This document shows positions 12,121 to 23,229 of a DNA stretch of 64,000 bases, one piece after another; positions within the stretch are counted from its first letter, which is position 1, and the number at the start of each line of letters is the position of its first letter. The stretch lies in the NCBI GenBank assembly GCA_964016885.1, contig OZ024747.1, forward strand, positions 27,900,001 to 27,964,000, given 5' to 3'. The notes beneath the pieces are model-generated. The model was not told where the DNA came from. It saw nothing but the letters and a program-made list of their open reading frames with translations, and did no database searches. Made by a program: the position numbers and the translations under genes. Source of the stretch: Eledone cirrhosa (taxonomy: Eukaryota).

Positions 12121-13005
12121 GTAAGTATGATGTTTATTAACCTTTTTGTTATATTTCTAATGAAAAACACCTGTCTATATGTAAGTTATAACCTTTCATT
12201 ATAATTTTATGTTGGAACCAGTTTTGTTATATTCCAAATAGCTTAACCATTGTTAAAATATTTCTAATGAAAGACACTGCATATAATTTTCAAATCATCT
12301 TGAAAATTATCAAGCTGGTGTTTGGGATGTAACAATACATTGGTTCCTATATAAAATGATGATGAAAGGTTTATACATAAAAATAATCTTTTTAAAATAA
12401 ACAGCTTCTGGAGGTTTGATGTCAAAAGTGTTAATGCAAGGGTTGAGCCCATGTCTTTTCCCATCTATTTTAATCACATTGTATGGACATTTTGTTCATT
12501 TACCAGTTCACATGCTGAAGGGGTTTTTTTCTGTTGTTTGGTCAGACTTGACAACAAGAGAATCTGAACAAATGCTTACAACAGATTAGAGTCTGTTAAA
12601 GCCACTCAAGAGGCTTGGTGTTAGATTTAAGCTAGTTGATGGGCAAAAATCTTCTACATTATCTCATTTCAGATAGCTGTCAGCTAGAATAGGTGCACAC
12701 CCAGATTAAGTGAGAATGTTAACTTCAATAGATTGGACTCATATTCAATGGGAGATTTTATCTCTCATCTGCTTAACACAAAGCAAAGATGAAGCATCAG
12801 GTCATATAAGCCCTTTAAGATTTTGGCTATATTTTTCTTATTTCTCAACCAGATAGTACTGCAGTTTAATATCACTAATGACTAAATCTTGGTTGTAAGT
12901 TCCAATTCCACTCTGAGCATCAGATTGTGTCAGAGCTTGAATTTCTGAGGTGAATGGGAGTTTAATTTAAAGTTGTTGTTTTTTTTATATAGGAAACTAA
13001 ATAAT

Positions 13006-13192
13006 TGTTTCTACGTTAGGCACAAGGCCAGCAAATACTCAGTGCATTACTGGTACTTTATTTTATCGACCCCGTAAGGATGAAAGGCAAAGTTAACCTC
13101 GGCGGGATTTGAACTCAGAATGGCAAGGGCCGTAACTCTATACGCCAAAGCATGGCGTCCGACCCTCTACCAATACTGCCAATCCACCGCCC
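13006..13192 (-). mobile_element. SINE family A copy with 18-bp TSD
   Basis: Reverse complement of the 2541-2726 element. TSD tataggaaactaaataat at 12988-13005 and 13193-13210. Confidence 0.88.
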
Positions 13193-13260
13193 TATAGGAA
13201 ACTAAATAATATGTTAATCTGTGTCATTTAATTGTTTAATTTTTTTTTCTATCTGCCCAG

Positions 13261-13450
13261 AATACCAAGACAATTGCTACACGAGAGAAAGATCTGGAAA
13301 ATATTCTAACTGCCACTGAGAAACTTCAAAAACAAAGTGTTGAGGATGCTGAAAATTTTGCTGCTGCTCAGAAACACTTCCATGCTGTCACTGCTGGTCT
13401 CTCTAGTAATGATGATGGAGAGGCTGCTACACTTAATGAACAACTCTTGA
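13261..13450 (+). CDS. SMC2: SMC2 exon 9 (NTKTIATREK...AAAQKHFHAVTAGLSSNDDGEAATLNEQLL)
   Basis: Conserved AV.AGLSSN.DG..ATL; cccag| and |gtaagt; 190 nt, ends phase 1. Confidence 0.93.
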
Positions 13451-13529
13451 GTAAGTAAACATTCTCATCATCATTTAATGTCTGCTTTTCAATGATGGCA
13501 TGAGTTAGACAAATTATCACAAACCAAGT

Positions 13530-14087
13530 CTAACGGTAATTATATACTTTGACAGCATAGTTGGTAGAATAAGAACAATATGGAAAAAGTTCAGGGAGCT
13601 ACTACCTCTATTGACATGTTTTCCCTCTACAAACAAAAGGCAAGCTGTAAGATACAAAGTGCAATGTTGTATGGAAGTGAAACATGAGCAGTAAATATAG
13701 AGGATATGCAAATGCTGGAGAGAAATGAAGTAAGCATGCTTCAATGGATGTGAGATATTAATGTGTATGAACAACAAAGCATAAATGAGCTGACATAGAA
13801 ACTGAGAATAAGAGGTAGTGTCAATAGGGAAGACTGTGCTAGTATGGACATGTAATGCATATAGGGTATGGCTTTTGAAGTAAAGAAGTGCCAAGAGTTC
13901 CCCGTTGAAGGAAACTGCAGTAAAGGAAAGCCAAAGAAAACTTTGGCAGAAGTCATGAGAGAAAATCTCAAAATGCTAAACTTCACAGAGATGACAAAGG
14001 AATACAATAAGTGGAGGGAAGTTGTGCTGAAAAAGACCTGTTCTATTCATGCTAGCATGGAGAAACAAACTTAAAAAGGATGATGAA
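13530..14087 (+). mobile_element. Degenerate RTE-type LINE 3' remnant
   Basis: Fragments WKKFRELLPLLT and VEGNCSKGKPKKT...KWREVV...HASMEK; GAT-type tail. Confidence 0.75.
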
Positions 14088-14120
14088 TACATAAATATAT
14101 ATATATTATTATATTTCCAG

Positions 14121-14175
14121 CTGCCAAGAATGATATCAGTAACAGTACCACAGAAATTAAACAGGCTGAAATGAG
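14121..14175 (+). CDS. SMC2: SMC2 exon 10 (AKNDISNSTTEIKQAEM)
   Basis: tttccag| and |gtcagt; 55 nt, phase 1 to 2. Confidence 0.9.
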
Positions 14176-14261
14176 GTCAGTAAGAGATTTATTAGTTTCT
14201 CTCCTTTGTTGATAAAATGAATTATCTTTCATATATATATATATATGTTTGTGTGTGTAAA

Positions 14262-14525
14262 GGCATATACATGGCTAAGTGGTTAGGGTGTTTGAGTCAC
14301 AATCGTAAGGTCATGAATTCAACTGTTACTCGGCTGGAGCAAATGAGTTGCATCTGTAATTCAAAGAGCCTGCAATGTTACACACAGTCATGCTGAATCT
14401 CCCTGAGAACTATGTTAAGGGTGCACATGTCTGAAATGCTCAGCTACTTGCACATTAATTTCCCGAGCTGGCTGTTCTATTGTTAAAACATTTGGAACAC
14501 TCATTGTGACCAATGGAGATCCAAC
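14262..14525 (+). mobile_element. Degenerate tRNA-derived SINE
   Basis: Head catggctaagtggttagggtg...aatcgtaaggtcatgaattcaa resembles the head of the 22083 SINE. Confidence 0.55.
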
Positions 14526-14938
14526 ATCTGTAGAGATAGATAACATGGTTAAATAGGTAAGGTGCTAGACTCCAGACTAATAGATCCTAAGTTAAAATGA
14601 GATGATGTTTTATGTATCTAAACCAGACACATTTGATGGTAGATATTCTGGAGAAAGACCAGTAAAGAACTGGTCAGCCATAGATAGATAGCTATGACCA
14701 AGGCTGGTCAGATAAGTTAGAAAGTAATCAAGTATGTTGAGGAATTTAGTAATATAATTAAATTTCTCATTATTAAGCTGGCGTTTGGATCAACTTAAAA
14801 TTATGATGGAAGGGTTTGGGATAAATAAAAACACCTTAAAATAAACAGCTTAATGTTGTAGAACCATGTGTAGTTTCAGGTAGGTTAGTATGAAATGGGT
14901 TAACTAACAGTAGTCTCTATCTTGTTTACGCTCCTCAG

Positions 14939-15059
14939 ATTGAAACACAGCCAAAGCATGTTGAAGACAAAATTACCGGAACTGAAGAAGACGGAACAGA
15001 GTTACAAAAAAGATGAACTTGAATTCAAAAAAATGCAGGACAGTCTTGCTAAACTTCAG
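14939..15059 (+). CDS. SMC2: SMC2 exon 11 (LKHSQSMLKTK...YKKDELEFKKMQDSLAKLQ)
   Basis: ctcctcag| and |gtaggg; 121 nt, phase 2 to 0. Confidence 0.9.
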
Positions 15060-15169
15060 GTAGGGCACATTTAAGTAGTATCATCATTGTCATTGTCACC
15101 ACTATCCAGATTATCATGGTCATTGTTGTCATCATCACCACAATTGATGGACTTGTGCCTAAATTAGAA

Positions 15170-16265
15170 ACCAGGTAGAAAGGCTGTGGTAAGGGAGCAA
15201 CCTGAGTTAATGGCAGAAACTGCAAAAAAAAGGGTCTCCTATAGCTGAACTGACACCTGGATGCAGCATCAAATACTGAAGTAGAGAAAGTTCTGAGAGA
15301 AATATGATCAGATGTGGTCCATATATCAAGAGGAAGGTAGTTTGCCAGTGTAGAGGTCCTCTTCAAAAAGTGAGGACTTTGTGCAACAACACTTCATGGT
15401 TCACTTTTGCAATGAAGAGTTTGTCCTCTTCCCCACACTTCTCATGGGGGATAGTCAGGTTAAGCAGATTAAGTGTCCTTCTAGGTTTGGACATCTGGTG
15501 TATTTTGGCTTTCATTGTCCTTGAGGAGAAGAACTGGTCTGGGATCAGTTTGGGTGTCATGCTTCAAGTGAAACCAGAAAATATGGAAAAAATCTCAGAC
15601 CTTATCCACCTGCCCTGTAGGGTTGAGGACAAAAAGCCCAAATGACATTTATGTGGTCCAGGAACTATGAATAATTTCCTGAAATCCCTGACCTAACTAC
15701 TACTGGAGCACTGCCAGTTCAAAATAAACTCTACATGCATGGAAGTGTTGTCAGTCAGATCTGTCCAATATACGTTCTGTGTGATGAAACCATTCTAATA
15801 ATAGATGCATTCATCCAGTGTCCATCCATTACTGATTTGTAGGATTTTGTTGAACAGTTGTCGCATGTAGGACAAATCTATCTAATGGCTGGTGCCATTG
15901 TGAAGATCACTGCCACCTTCCTTTGACTGGGAAGGACAAGCAGTTTTCCTATGTCTGGTGGAAAGGAAGGTGAGGGGAGTGTTGACTTTCAGTATTTTTG
16001 TTAAATAGGTGGGTGAATGGGCCTATTCTAGGTATGTGCCTGTCTGCTCAAGAGAACAGGAAAATGGCATGATGATTGGAGTGATCTCTGATCTGTGAGG
16101 TTCCTTAATTACCCATGGGTGGTGCTTCCCCATCTGTGGAATTCTGTTATTAATAGATTGTTACTTTAACTGTTTTTTTTGTTTAATTGTTTTATGGAAA
16201 CCCCCACTGTCCCTCTTCATTTGTATTGTTCTTAGTGTTTCGGCCCTAGTGGCCAATAAAGAAAT
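15170..16265 (+). mobile_element. Degenerate L1/Tx1-type LINE 3' remnant
   Basis: ~15707-15860 translates as ALPVQNKLYMHG...ICP...DETIL...AFIQCP, a decayed zf-RVT-like motif. T-rich 3' UTR with AATAAA at 16255-16260. The 5' boundary is approximate. Confidence 0.6.
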
Positions 16266-16298
16266 CATTGTTATTATTGCTACTACTGTTATTATTAG

Positions 16299-16417
16299 AC
16301 TGAATTAAAGAAGCTGAACTATGATGAGGAGAAGGTAAAGACCTTGTCTGCTGAGAGGAACCATTTGAGTCAAGAAGTCCAGAAACTCCAAGAGAAGGCA
16401 GAATTTCTGGAAGCTAA
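16299..16417 (+). CDS. SMC2: SMC2 exon 12 (TELKKLNYDEEK...KAEFLEA)
   Basis: Conserved KKLNY.E; attattag| and |gtatgt; 119 nt. Confidence 0.9.
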
Positions 16418-16885
16418 GTATGTCCACCATTGTCACTGCTGTTACTATAGCAACCACCTTTGGAGGAATTATCCGACTTCATGTGTTTGTTGAATATATG
16501 TACTATTCTTTTATCAAAGATTAAAAAAAAGACAGTGAAAGATGCTCTAAGAGAGAAACTGGATATGTTAAATGACAAGGATAAACTTGAGAGTGTTTGG
16601 AAGTCTTTGAAAGGTAGTTTGTTAGTTGTTGGTGATGTGTTAGGATGGGCAAAAGGGCCAAGACACTTGGAATCATGGAAGTGGTTCTTTTGGTGCCACT
16701 ACAAAAAGTGCCCAGTCCACACTAATGTGGTCATTACTGTGGCATGATAAAATGCACCCAGGCCACTCTGTAAATGTGTTTGGCCTTAGAAAGGACATCT
16801 AGCCCTAGAAAGAGGTTCGGATTTTTGCCTATTTCTCAAACATAAAATGGGGAGGGGGAGGTCGGCTTATATTCAAGTATATACA

Positions 16886-16929
<44 letters not shown>

Positions 16930-17120
16930 ATATACACATATGTATATATATATATATATTGTGCAGATTACTCAGTAATTTTGTTGATTACTGGAGGTGG
17001 CACCAATATGAGCACTCAATGCTATAGCAGTATGTATATATGAAGTATGATGTAATGAAGTTTCACTTTAAATGTTTGATTGTATATCAGCTGTTATATA
17101 TATGTTTGAATGTTTTGTAG

Positions 17121-17259
17121 ATTCCCTCACCTAAACTTCCAATATAAAGACCCTGAGAGAGGATTTAACCGAAAAGCTGTCCATGGACTTCTCTGTAAAT
17201 TGGTCAGGATAAAATCTCCAGAGACTGGGACAGCCCTGGAAGTTGTGGCAGGAAATAAG
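17121..17259 (+). CDS. SMC2: SMC2 exon 13, hinge start (FPHLNFQYKDPE...TALEVVAGNK)
   Basis: Hinge motifs F.YKDPE and TALE.VAG; ttttgtag| and |gttagt; 139 nt. Confidence 0.95.
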
Positions 17260-18037
17260 GTTAGTTCTTCAGAATTTATTTGATTTAATATGTCTGACTC
17301 TTGCCCACATGGATAAACGGATGTTAAACAATGACATACATACACACACGTCCTAACTACGATTTTCCCAGAGTTTTTTCTGTGTAACTGCAGGGTTCTG
17401 TGAAAAAAATCTCATTTTCCATGAGATGGGTTCCGTTCAATAAAATTTTATTAAAAAATTATATATGAATAAATTCTCTCTCTAACAATTTTTCTTTTAT
17501 GTAATCAACCATAATAATATGCCATGTGTGTTTGTATATTTATATATATCTCTGTCTGTAACTCTTTAAAATGTACTCACAAACATACATATATGGACAA
17601 TGCATTTCTTATTTCAGTCATGTTACAATAAGAAGTCTGCTTTCCAATAACAATGTCCTAGGTTAGAACCCAGGATATTGTGTTAGAAACCCTACATTTG
17701 TCTCTGAAAATAATTATTTCTTCAAAGTTATTCATACATTTAATCCACCCTGTATATCATTTGTACATATATGTTGAATGTTTATGTAATTATATCCCGA
17801 TATAAATTAAAATATGATTTTCATCTTTAATTACATGCACATAGTAATCAACATAAACCGTTAGTTTATCAAAATGCAAATTTCACAGTTTTTATGAATG
17901 TTCACATATTCAATAATGCTGGTATATACAGCAAACCAATCCTCGACTCCAAAAATTAAATTCATTCAATGTTATTGCTGTCATTATTGACTGCAGAGGT
18001 CCTTTAGTTGTTAATAATTATTTCTGTTATATTCCAG

Positions 18038-18184
18038 TTGTATAATATTGTTGTTGACAATGAAATTGTTGGCAAGAAACTTGTTCAGAATGGTCAGTTG
18101 AAGAGACGTTACACTATAATTCCATTGGACAAAATTATCTCTTCGAAGATTAATCCTGATATTGTCAAGAAAGCTGAAGGCCTG
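18038..18184 (+). CDS. SMC2: SMC2 exon 14 (LYNIVVDNE...LKRRYTIIPLDKI...KAEGL)
   Basis: Hinge motifs; ttccag| and |gtatgt; 147 nt. Confidence 0.96.
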
Positions 18185-18617
18185 GTATGTATTAGTGGTA
18201 TAGATGGTGATGATGGTGTAGTAATAATGTGGTGGTGTGATGGTGAGATAGTGATGTAGTGGTGGTGGAGTGGAAGTAATATAGCAGATGTGAAGGTATG
18301 ATGTTCAAACCAGCCATAACTGGCCCCTCATACTGACTTTAAGGTATTGTTCTCAAAATAAATAATATCAAAATCTTGAATATATAATAGTAAATATAGA
18401 GTAATGTGAATGTTAAAGGGTTAAATATATTTTTTTTATTGTTTCAAATGTTTATAATTATCAAACTTTATGTCATTGTCAATAAAAAATACAACTCTTA
18501 ACACCTACCACATTAATAAGATATTCTTGAAAAGTATAAAATAATACTGTGGCTGAATTACATGAAAAATTAAAGTATCAGTTAATTAAAAATTTAATTA
18601 ATCTCATTAATATATAG

Positions 18618-18822
18618 GTTGGCAAAGAGAATGTGCACACTGCCCTGTCATTGATTGGTTACGAAAAGCAACTGACTGCTGCTATGGAATATGTGTTTGG
18701 TACCAGTTTTGTCTGTAAAAATATGGAAGTGGCTAAAAATGTCACCTTTCATTCTGCCATCATGAAAAGAAGTATAACCCTTGATGGGGATTCTTTCAAC
18801 CCTGCAGGAACCCTCACTGGAG
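18618..18822 (+). CDS. SMC2: SMC2 exon 15 (VGKENVHTALSLI...AMEYVFG...TLDGDSFNPAGTLTG)
   Basis: Hinge glycine motif; tatatag| and |gtaaat; 205 nt. Confidence 0.96.
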
Positions 18823-19831
18823 GTAAATGGTTCTCTCTCTCTGTATTTTTTTAATGTGTTTTGAACTTCTCTAATTGAAAAAAATGTTAAGTTACTGACC
18901 TTACATTTAGGGAAACACAGTAAAGTGTTCATCTTGGAGTTTTCTTATTTAGCTTAGTGTGGTAGTGGTTTTTATGTGATCTGATGTGAGTTTATTCAGT
19001 CATGCTATTGTATACTACTAAACCTTGTATTGCCACTACAGCTGTGTTAACAAAATATATTCTACTACTCATATACAATAATCATTTTAAAGCCATCTCC
19101 CCTGCTAAAACAGGAGTTAGCCTTGTAGGTCCCATGACAGGCTTCTCTACTTTACCCTTTCTTCTCTGCCCCCCCCCCCCCCCCCTTGAGGTTTCATTTA
19201 CACCTCCATCTTTTGCCATATCTTTTTTGAGTTTTCCCTTTCTCTACCTCCATTCACATTCATTTCTATCACTCCTCTCACTGAATCACTTTCATCCTTT
19301 TTCAACACATTACCTCACCATCTCATTCCAGTTCTCTTTACAACATTCATTACTGGTTCTACTCCCCTCGCCCATTTACTTTTATTTTTCAACACAAGAC
19401 CCAATCATGTCACTCCATTTCTCTTCACATTACTCATCGTTGGCTCTAAACTTATAATCCTCTACAATTCATTGTTTATTTTCCTCTCCCTCTGCAATAC
19501 TCTGCTCATCTATTGCATCATATGAACAGGTAAATCTGGCAAAGTCTTAGACACTTTGATATTTTACCACCACAGATAACTTGGTAATGGTACACAGTGA
19601 AATAAAAGTGGACCACAACTTGGAGATTGTTCAAAGTATTTGTAGTAGAAGTAAATGAATGAAGTAGACTATGTTTGAGTACATAAGGCCACACAGATGG
19701 AGTGTGATACAACACAGACACATGCATTCTATCCTTGTCTGTATAGCCGCATTAGGGATGATGATTAATATATATCATCATGTATACATTTTTATAATAT
19801 ATATCATATATGTGTGTTTTTTTTTCCTTAG

Positions 19832-19967
19832 GTTCTCGTCCTCAAAATAGCTCCGTCCTGCTGAAGTTACAAGAACTGACCCAAGTGGAGAAAGAATTGT
19901 CAGATAAAAGGATCATTCTCACTAAATTAGAAACGGAACTGAATGCCTTACAGAAAATGTCTGGAAT
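19832..19967 (+). CDS. SMC2: SMC2 exon 16 (SRPQNSSVLLKLQEL...LQKMSG)
   Basis: tttccttag| and |gttagt; 136 nt, phase 1 to 2. Confidence 0.9.
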
Positions 19968-21015
19968 GTTAGTGTCTTGTTATTATTTTCACAGTTATAT
20001 TCCAGAGAATACTTTGGAAATTATGCATGAGCTTGTATAGACATTTACCCAGGGTTTGTTCTGTCAGCTTCAACCAGTGAATACCCACAACATTATAAAT
20101 AGAAGCCACCCATGTATGTCTTATGTCTACCCAAGATAGGCTGAGCTGGCTCTAGCCATTGCATCCATAGTGTTGAAGACAGGCCATCACAGACATCTGA
20201 CATGTTGTCAGCCAGTCACAATTCCAATGGTAGACACCATATATGCCAGTTCCAACCAGAGTATCCATACCAATTCAAACAGACCACCCATGCATGGCAA
20301 TCACTGACATCTGATACAGATGTTAGCTAGTCATAATTCCAGTAGTAGAAACCACATATGTAAGGGCCAGATACTTTCCCCTCCACATTAATAAACCATA
20401 AACCTTTGAATAATTTATGCTTTATTAATGTGGAAGGCAGAATTGGTATGGTTGACAACAAATAGCCTTAATGTAGCTATATCCTGTCATGTATTTGTCT
20501 TACCCTGTCATGTATTTGTCTTACCATTTCCCTCTCTATTTCCTTCTGTCATGCAGTTTGATAAGTAAAATGATGATTGAGGTTTTTTAAAGTGTGTATA
20601 TTTATCTAAAAACCTTCCATCAAAATGTTATGCAAGATCCTTTGTTAAGTTATTCCAAACACCAATTTATTAATGAGAAAGTCGTGTTTTTTTTTTATAT
20701 TGCTAATCCTTAATTTTTTATTTTTTAAATAATTTGAAAATCATAGGCTGTGTATTTCATTATAAACATAGTAACGGAAGGGTTAATGATATTTGTATTG
20801 ATGATGATGATGGTGGTGGTGATGATTCTAGGTACAATACTCAAATGGTAGTGGTATTTGAGTTGTGTAAACCCTAAACCAAAGCGGTGGTGGTGGTATT
20901 ATAATATTGCAGGTATAATAAACTGGTGGTAGTAGTGGGGGTGATGGTGTTGGTGTAATATTCAAGTACAATAAAGTGTTGGCGATGGTGGTAACAGTGT
21001 TATGTAATATTTCAG

Positions 21016-21140
21016 GTACCATAAAGTAAAGAGTGAGTTTGAGTTGAAACAACATGAAACTGAATTATTGAAAACCAGACTGGAGCAGACAACACATCAT
21101 CAACAGTTGGAAGAGATAAATGGACTGGAGAAAACTATTG
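21016..21140 (+). CDS. SMC2: SMC2 exon 17 (YHKVKSEFELKQHE...HHQQLEEINGLEKTI)
   Basis: atttcag| and |gtcagt; 125 nt, phase 2 to 1. Confidence 0.9.
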
Positions 21141-21319
21141 GTCAGTATACTCTCTATCTCTCAACCTAGCTCTCCTTCCACCTTTCTACCCCCCTCTCTA
21201 CTAGAGAAAATTATTGGTCGGTGATACATAAACTTGTATAAATTTGAAAAGAACACATTAAAAAAAAAATTCGGGAACTTAATGTAATTATTTTTCCTAT
21301 GAATTACAACTTTTGGTCC

Positions 21320-21362
<43 letters not shown>

Positions 21363-21445
21363 ATAATAATAAATTTGAAGACTAAAATCCAAAGAGGGCT
21401 CGATAAGGATAAATATATATCAAATATATAAGCACCGTAGAGCAA

Positions 21446-21822
21446 ATATTTACTAAAATAACAAATTAAAGTTTAAGCAAAGAATCGCTGCTTTCACCCT
21501 TAACGGGATCTTCTGAAACTAACAAAGTCAATCTGTAAACGCAGAAGTGGATATTTCAAAAAACGTTGCAACCGGAGGAAGACAGGAAGACGATACTTTG
21601 GTTCGTGGAAACGTTCGCTATGCAGATAAGTAATTTACTTATTTGCATAGCGAACGTTTCCACGAACCAAAGTATCGTCTTCCTGTCTTCCTCCGGTTGC
21701 AACGTTTTTTGAAATATCCACTTCTGCGTTTACAGATTGACTTTGTTAGTTTCAGAAGATCCCGTTAAGGGTGAAAGCAGCGATTCTTTGCTTAAACTTT
21801 AATCTGTTATTTTAATAAATAT
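21446..21822. repeat. Long near-perfect palindrome (~187-bp arms, centre ~21634) between TA microsatellites
   Basis: 21446-21632 is the reverse complement of 21636-21822 with about 3 mismatches. Confidence 0.93.
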
Positions 21823-22082
21823 ATATATATATATAAATCATCATCATCATCAACGTTTAACGTCCGTGTTCCACGCTTGCATGGGTTTGGACGGGGGTAG
21901 TCCCACTTGAGGCAAGAGTGATTGTCTTGCTCGCATAGGACTGTCTGGCAGGTTTTCTACAGTTGGATGCCCTTCCTAACACCAACCACATTTACAGTGT
22001 GGGTCTATAAATGAAAAATATAGAAATTGTTGTAGCGAGAAGCTAACAGTATTCCATAACATATATATATATATATATATAT

Positions 22083-22407
22083 GGAGGCACATGGCTTAGT
22101 GGTTAGAGCATTGGCCTTGCAATCGAAAGGTTGTGAGTTCAATTCTCAGACCGGGTGATGTGTTGTTTTCTTGAGCAAGACACTTTATTTCACATTGCTC
22201 CAGTTTACTCAGCTGTAGAAATGAGATGATAGGGACTGGGGTCCATATCATTCCACGGCAAAAAAGCACCCAGCACTCACTGTAAATGAGGTTGGTGTTA
22301 GGAAGGGCATCCAGCTGTAGAAATCAAGCCAAAATCAGTTCCCGTCCCACCCTTGCAAGCAGGGAAAATGCAGACGTAAAATGAAATGATGATGATGATG
22401 ATGATGA
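22083..22407 (+). mobile_element. Full-length tRNA-derived SINE (family B) with (GAT)n tail
   Basis: A-box-like TGGCTTAGTGG, B-box-like GAGTTCAATTCTC, body ttgagcaagacacttt and aggaagggcatccagctgtagaaa, tail gatgatgat. Confidence 0.85.
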
Positions 22408-22758
22408 TTTCATTTTACGTCTGCTTTTTCCCTGCTTGCAAGGAAGGGCATCCAGCTGTAGAAATCAACCCAAGAACTGATTTTGGCTTGATTTCTACAG
22501 CTGGATGCCCTTCCTAGCACCAACCTCATTTACAGTGAGTGGTGGGTGCTTTTTTGCCGTGGCACCTCCACGACCACTTTGCAGTGGAATGATATGGACC
22601 CCAGTCCCTATCATCTCATTTCTACAGCTGAGTAAACTGGAGCAATGTGAAATAAAGTGTCTTGCTCAAAGAAACAACACATCACCCAGTCTGAGAATTG
22701 AACTCACAACCTTTCGATTGCAAGGCCAATGCTCTAACCACTAAGCCATGTGCCTCCA
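22408..22758 (-). mobile_element. Inverted duplicate of the adjacent family B SINE
   Basis: Near-identical reverse complement of 22083-22387, tail-to-tail around the GAT run. Confidence 0.88.
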
Positions 22759-23035
22759 TATATGTATAGTATATTTGATAATATACAGTATGTTTAATTA
22801 AAAACATTTTGAAGACCATTCGCTATGAATTTTAAAGTAGTGACTATGTCACTTATTCTCGGCAAAAACAAAGGGGAGTACAGTCCTGTTTCTTGCTCGT
22901 TAGCGGTTATCAAGACTACTTACCCCTTCACTTCTGCCTGATTGCTTACTGATCTGTTTGATTGGGTATTGATTTGTCTGATTGGTTATTCATCTATATG
23001 ATTAGTTATTGATCCCTGTGGTTGGTTGTTTTCAG

Positions 23036-23229
23036 AGGAACAGAAAGCCATTGTCCAGACTGCAGAAGAGGTGAACAAGAAAGCTAAAGAAAAGGTGAAA
23101 GATCTTGATTATAAAATAAAAAATGCTGATAAAATCCGTGAAAATGAATTGAAACAAGCTGAAGCTAACGTGAACAAGATCCAGAAACAGATGCAGAGCT
23201 CTAGTAAATTGATGAAGGAAAAACAACAG
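23036..23229 (+). CDS. SMC2: SMC2 exon 18 (EQKAIVQTAEE...KIKNADKIRENELK...MKEKQQ)
   Basis: ttttcag| and |gtgggt; 194 nt, phase 1 to 0. Confidence 0.92.

Noticed and set aside
19002-19457. 151-aa hydrophobic ORF
   Set aside because: Pyrimidine-rich low-complexity intronic sequence with no recognisable domain.
22083-22155. Possible tRNA gene
   Set aside because: The tRNA-like A/B boxes continue into a SINE body and tail; no clean cloverleaf.
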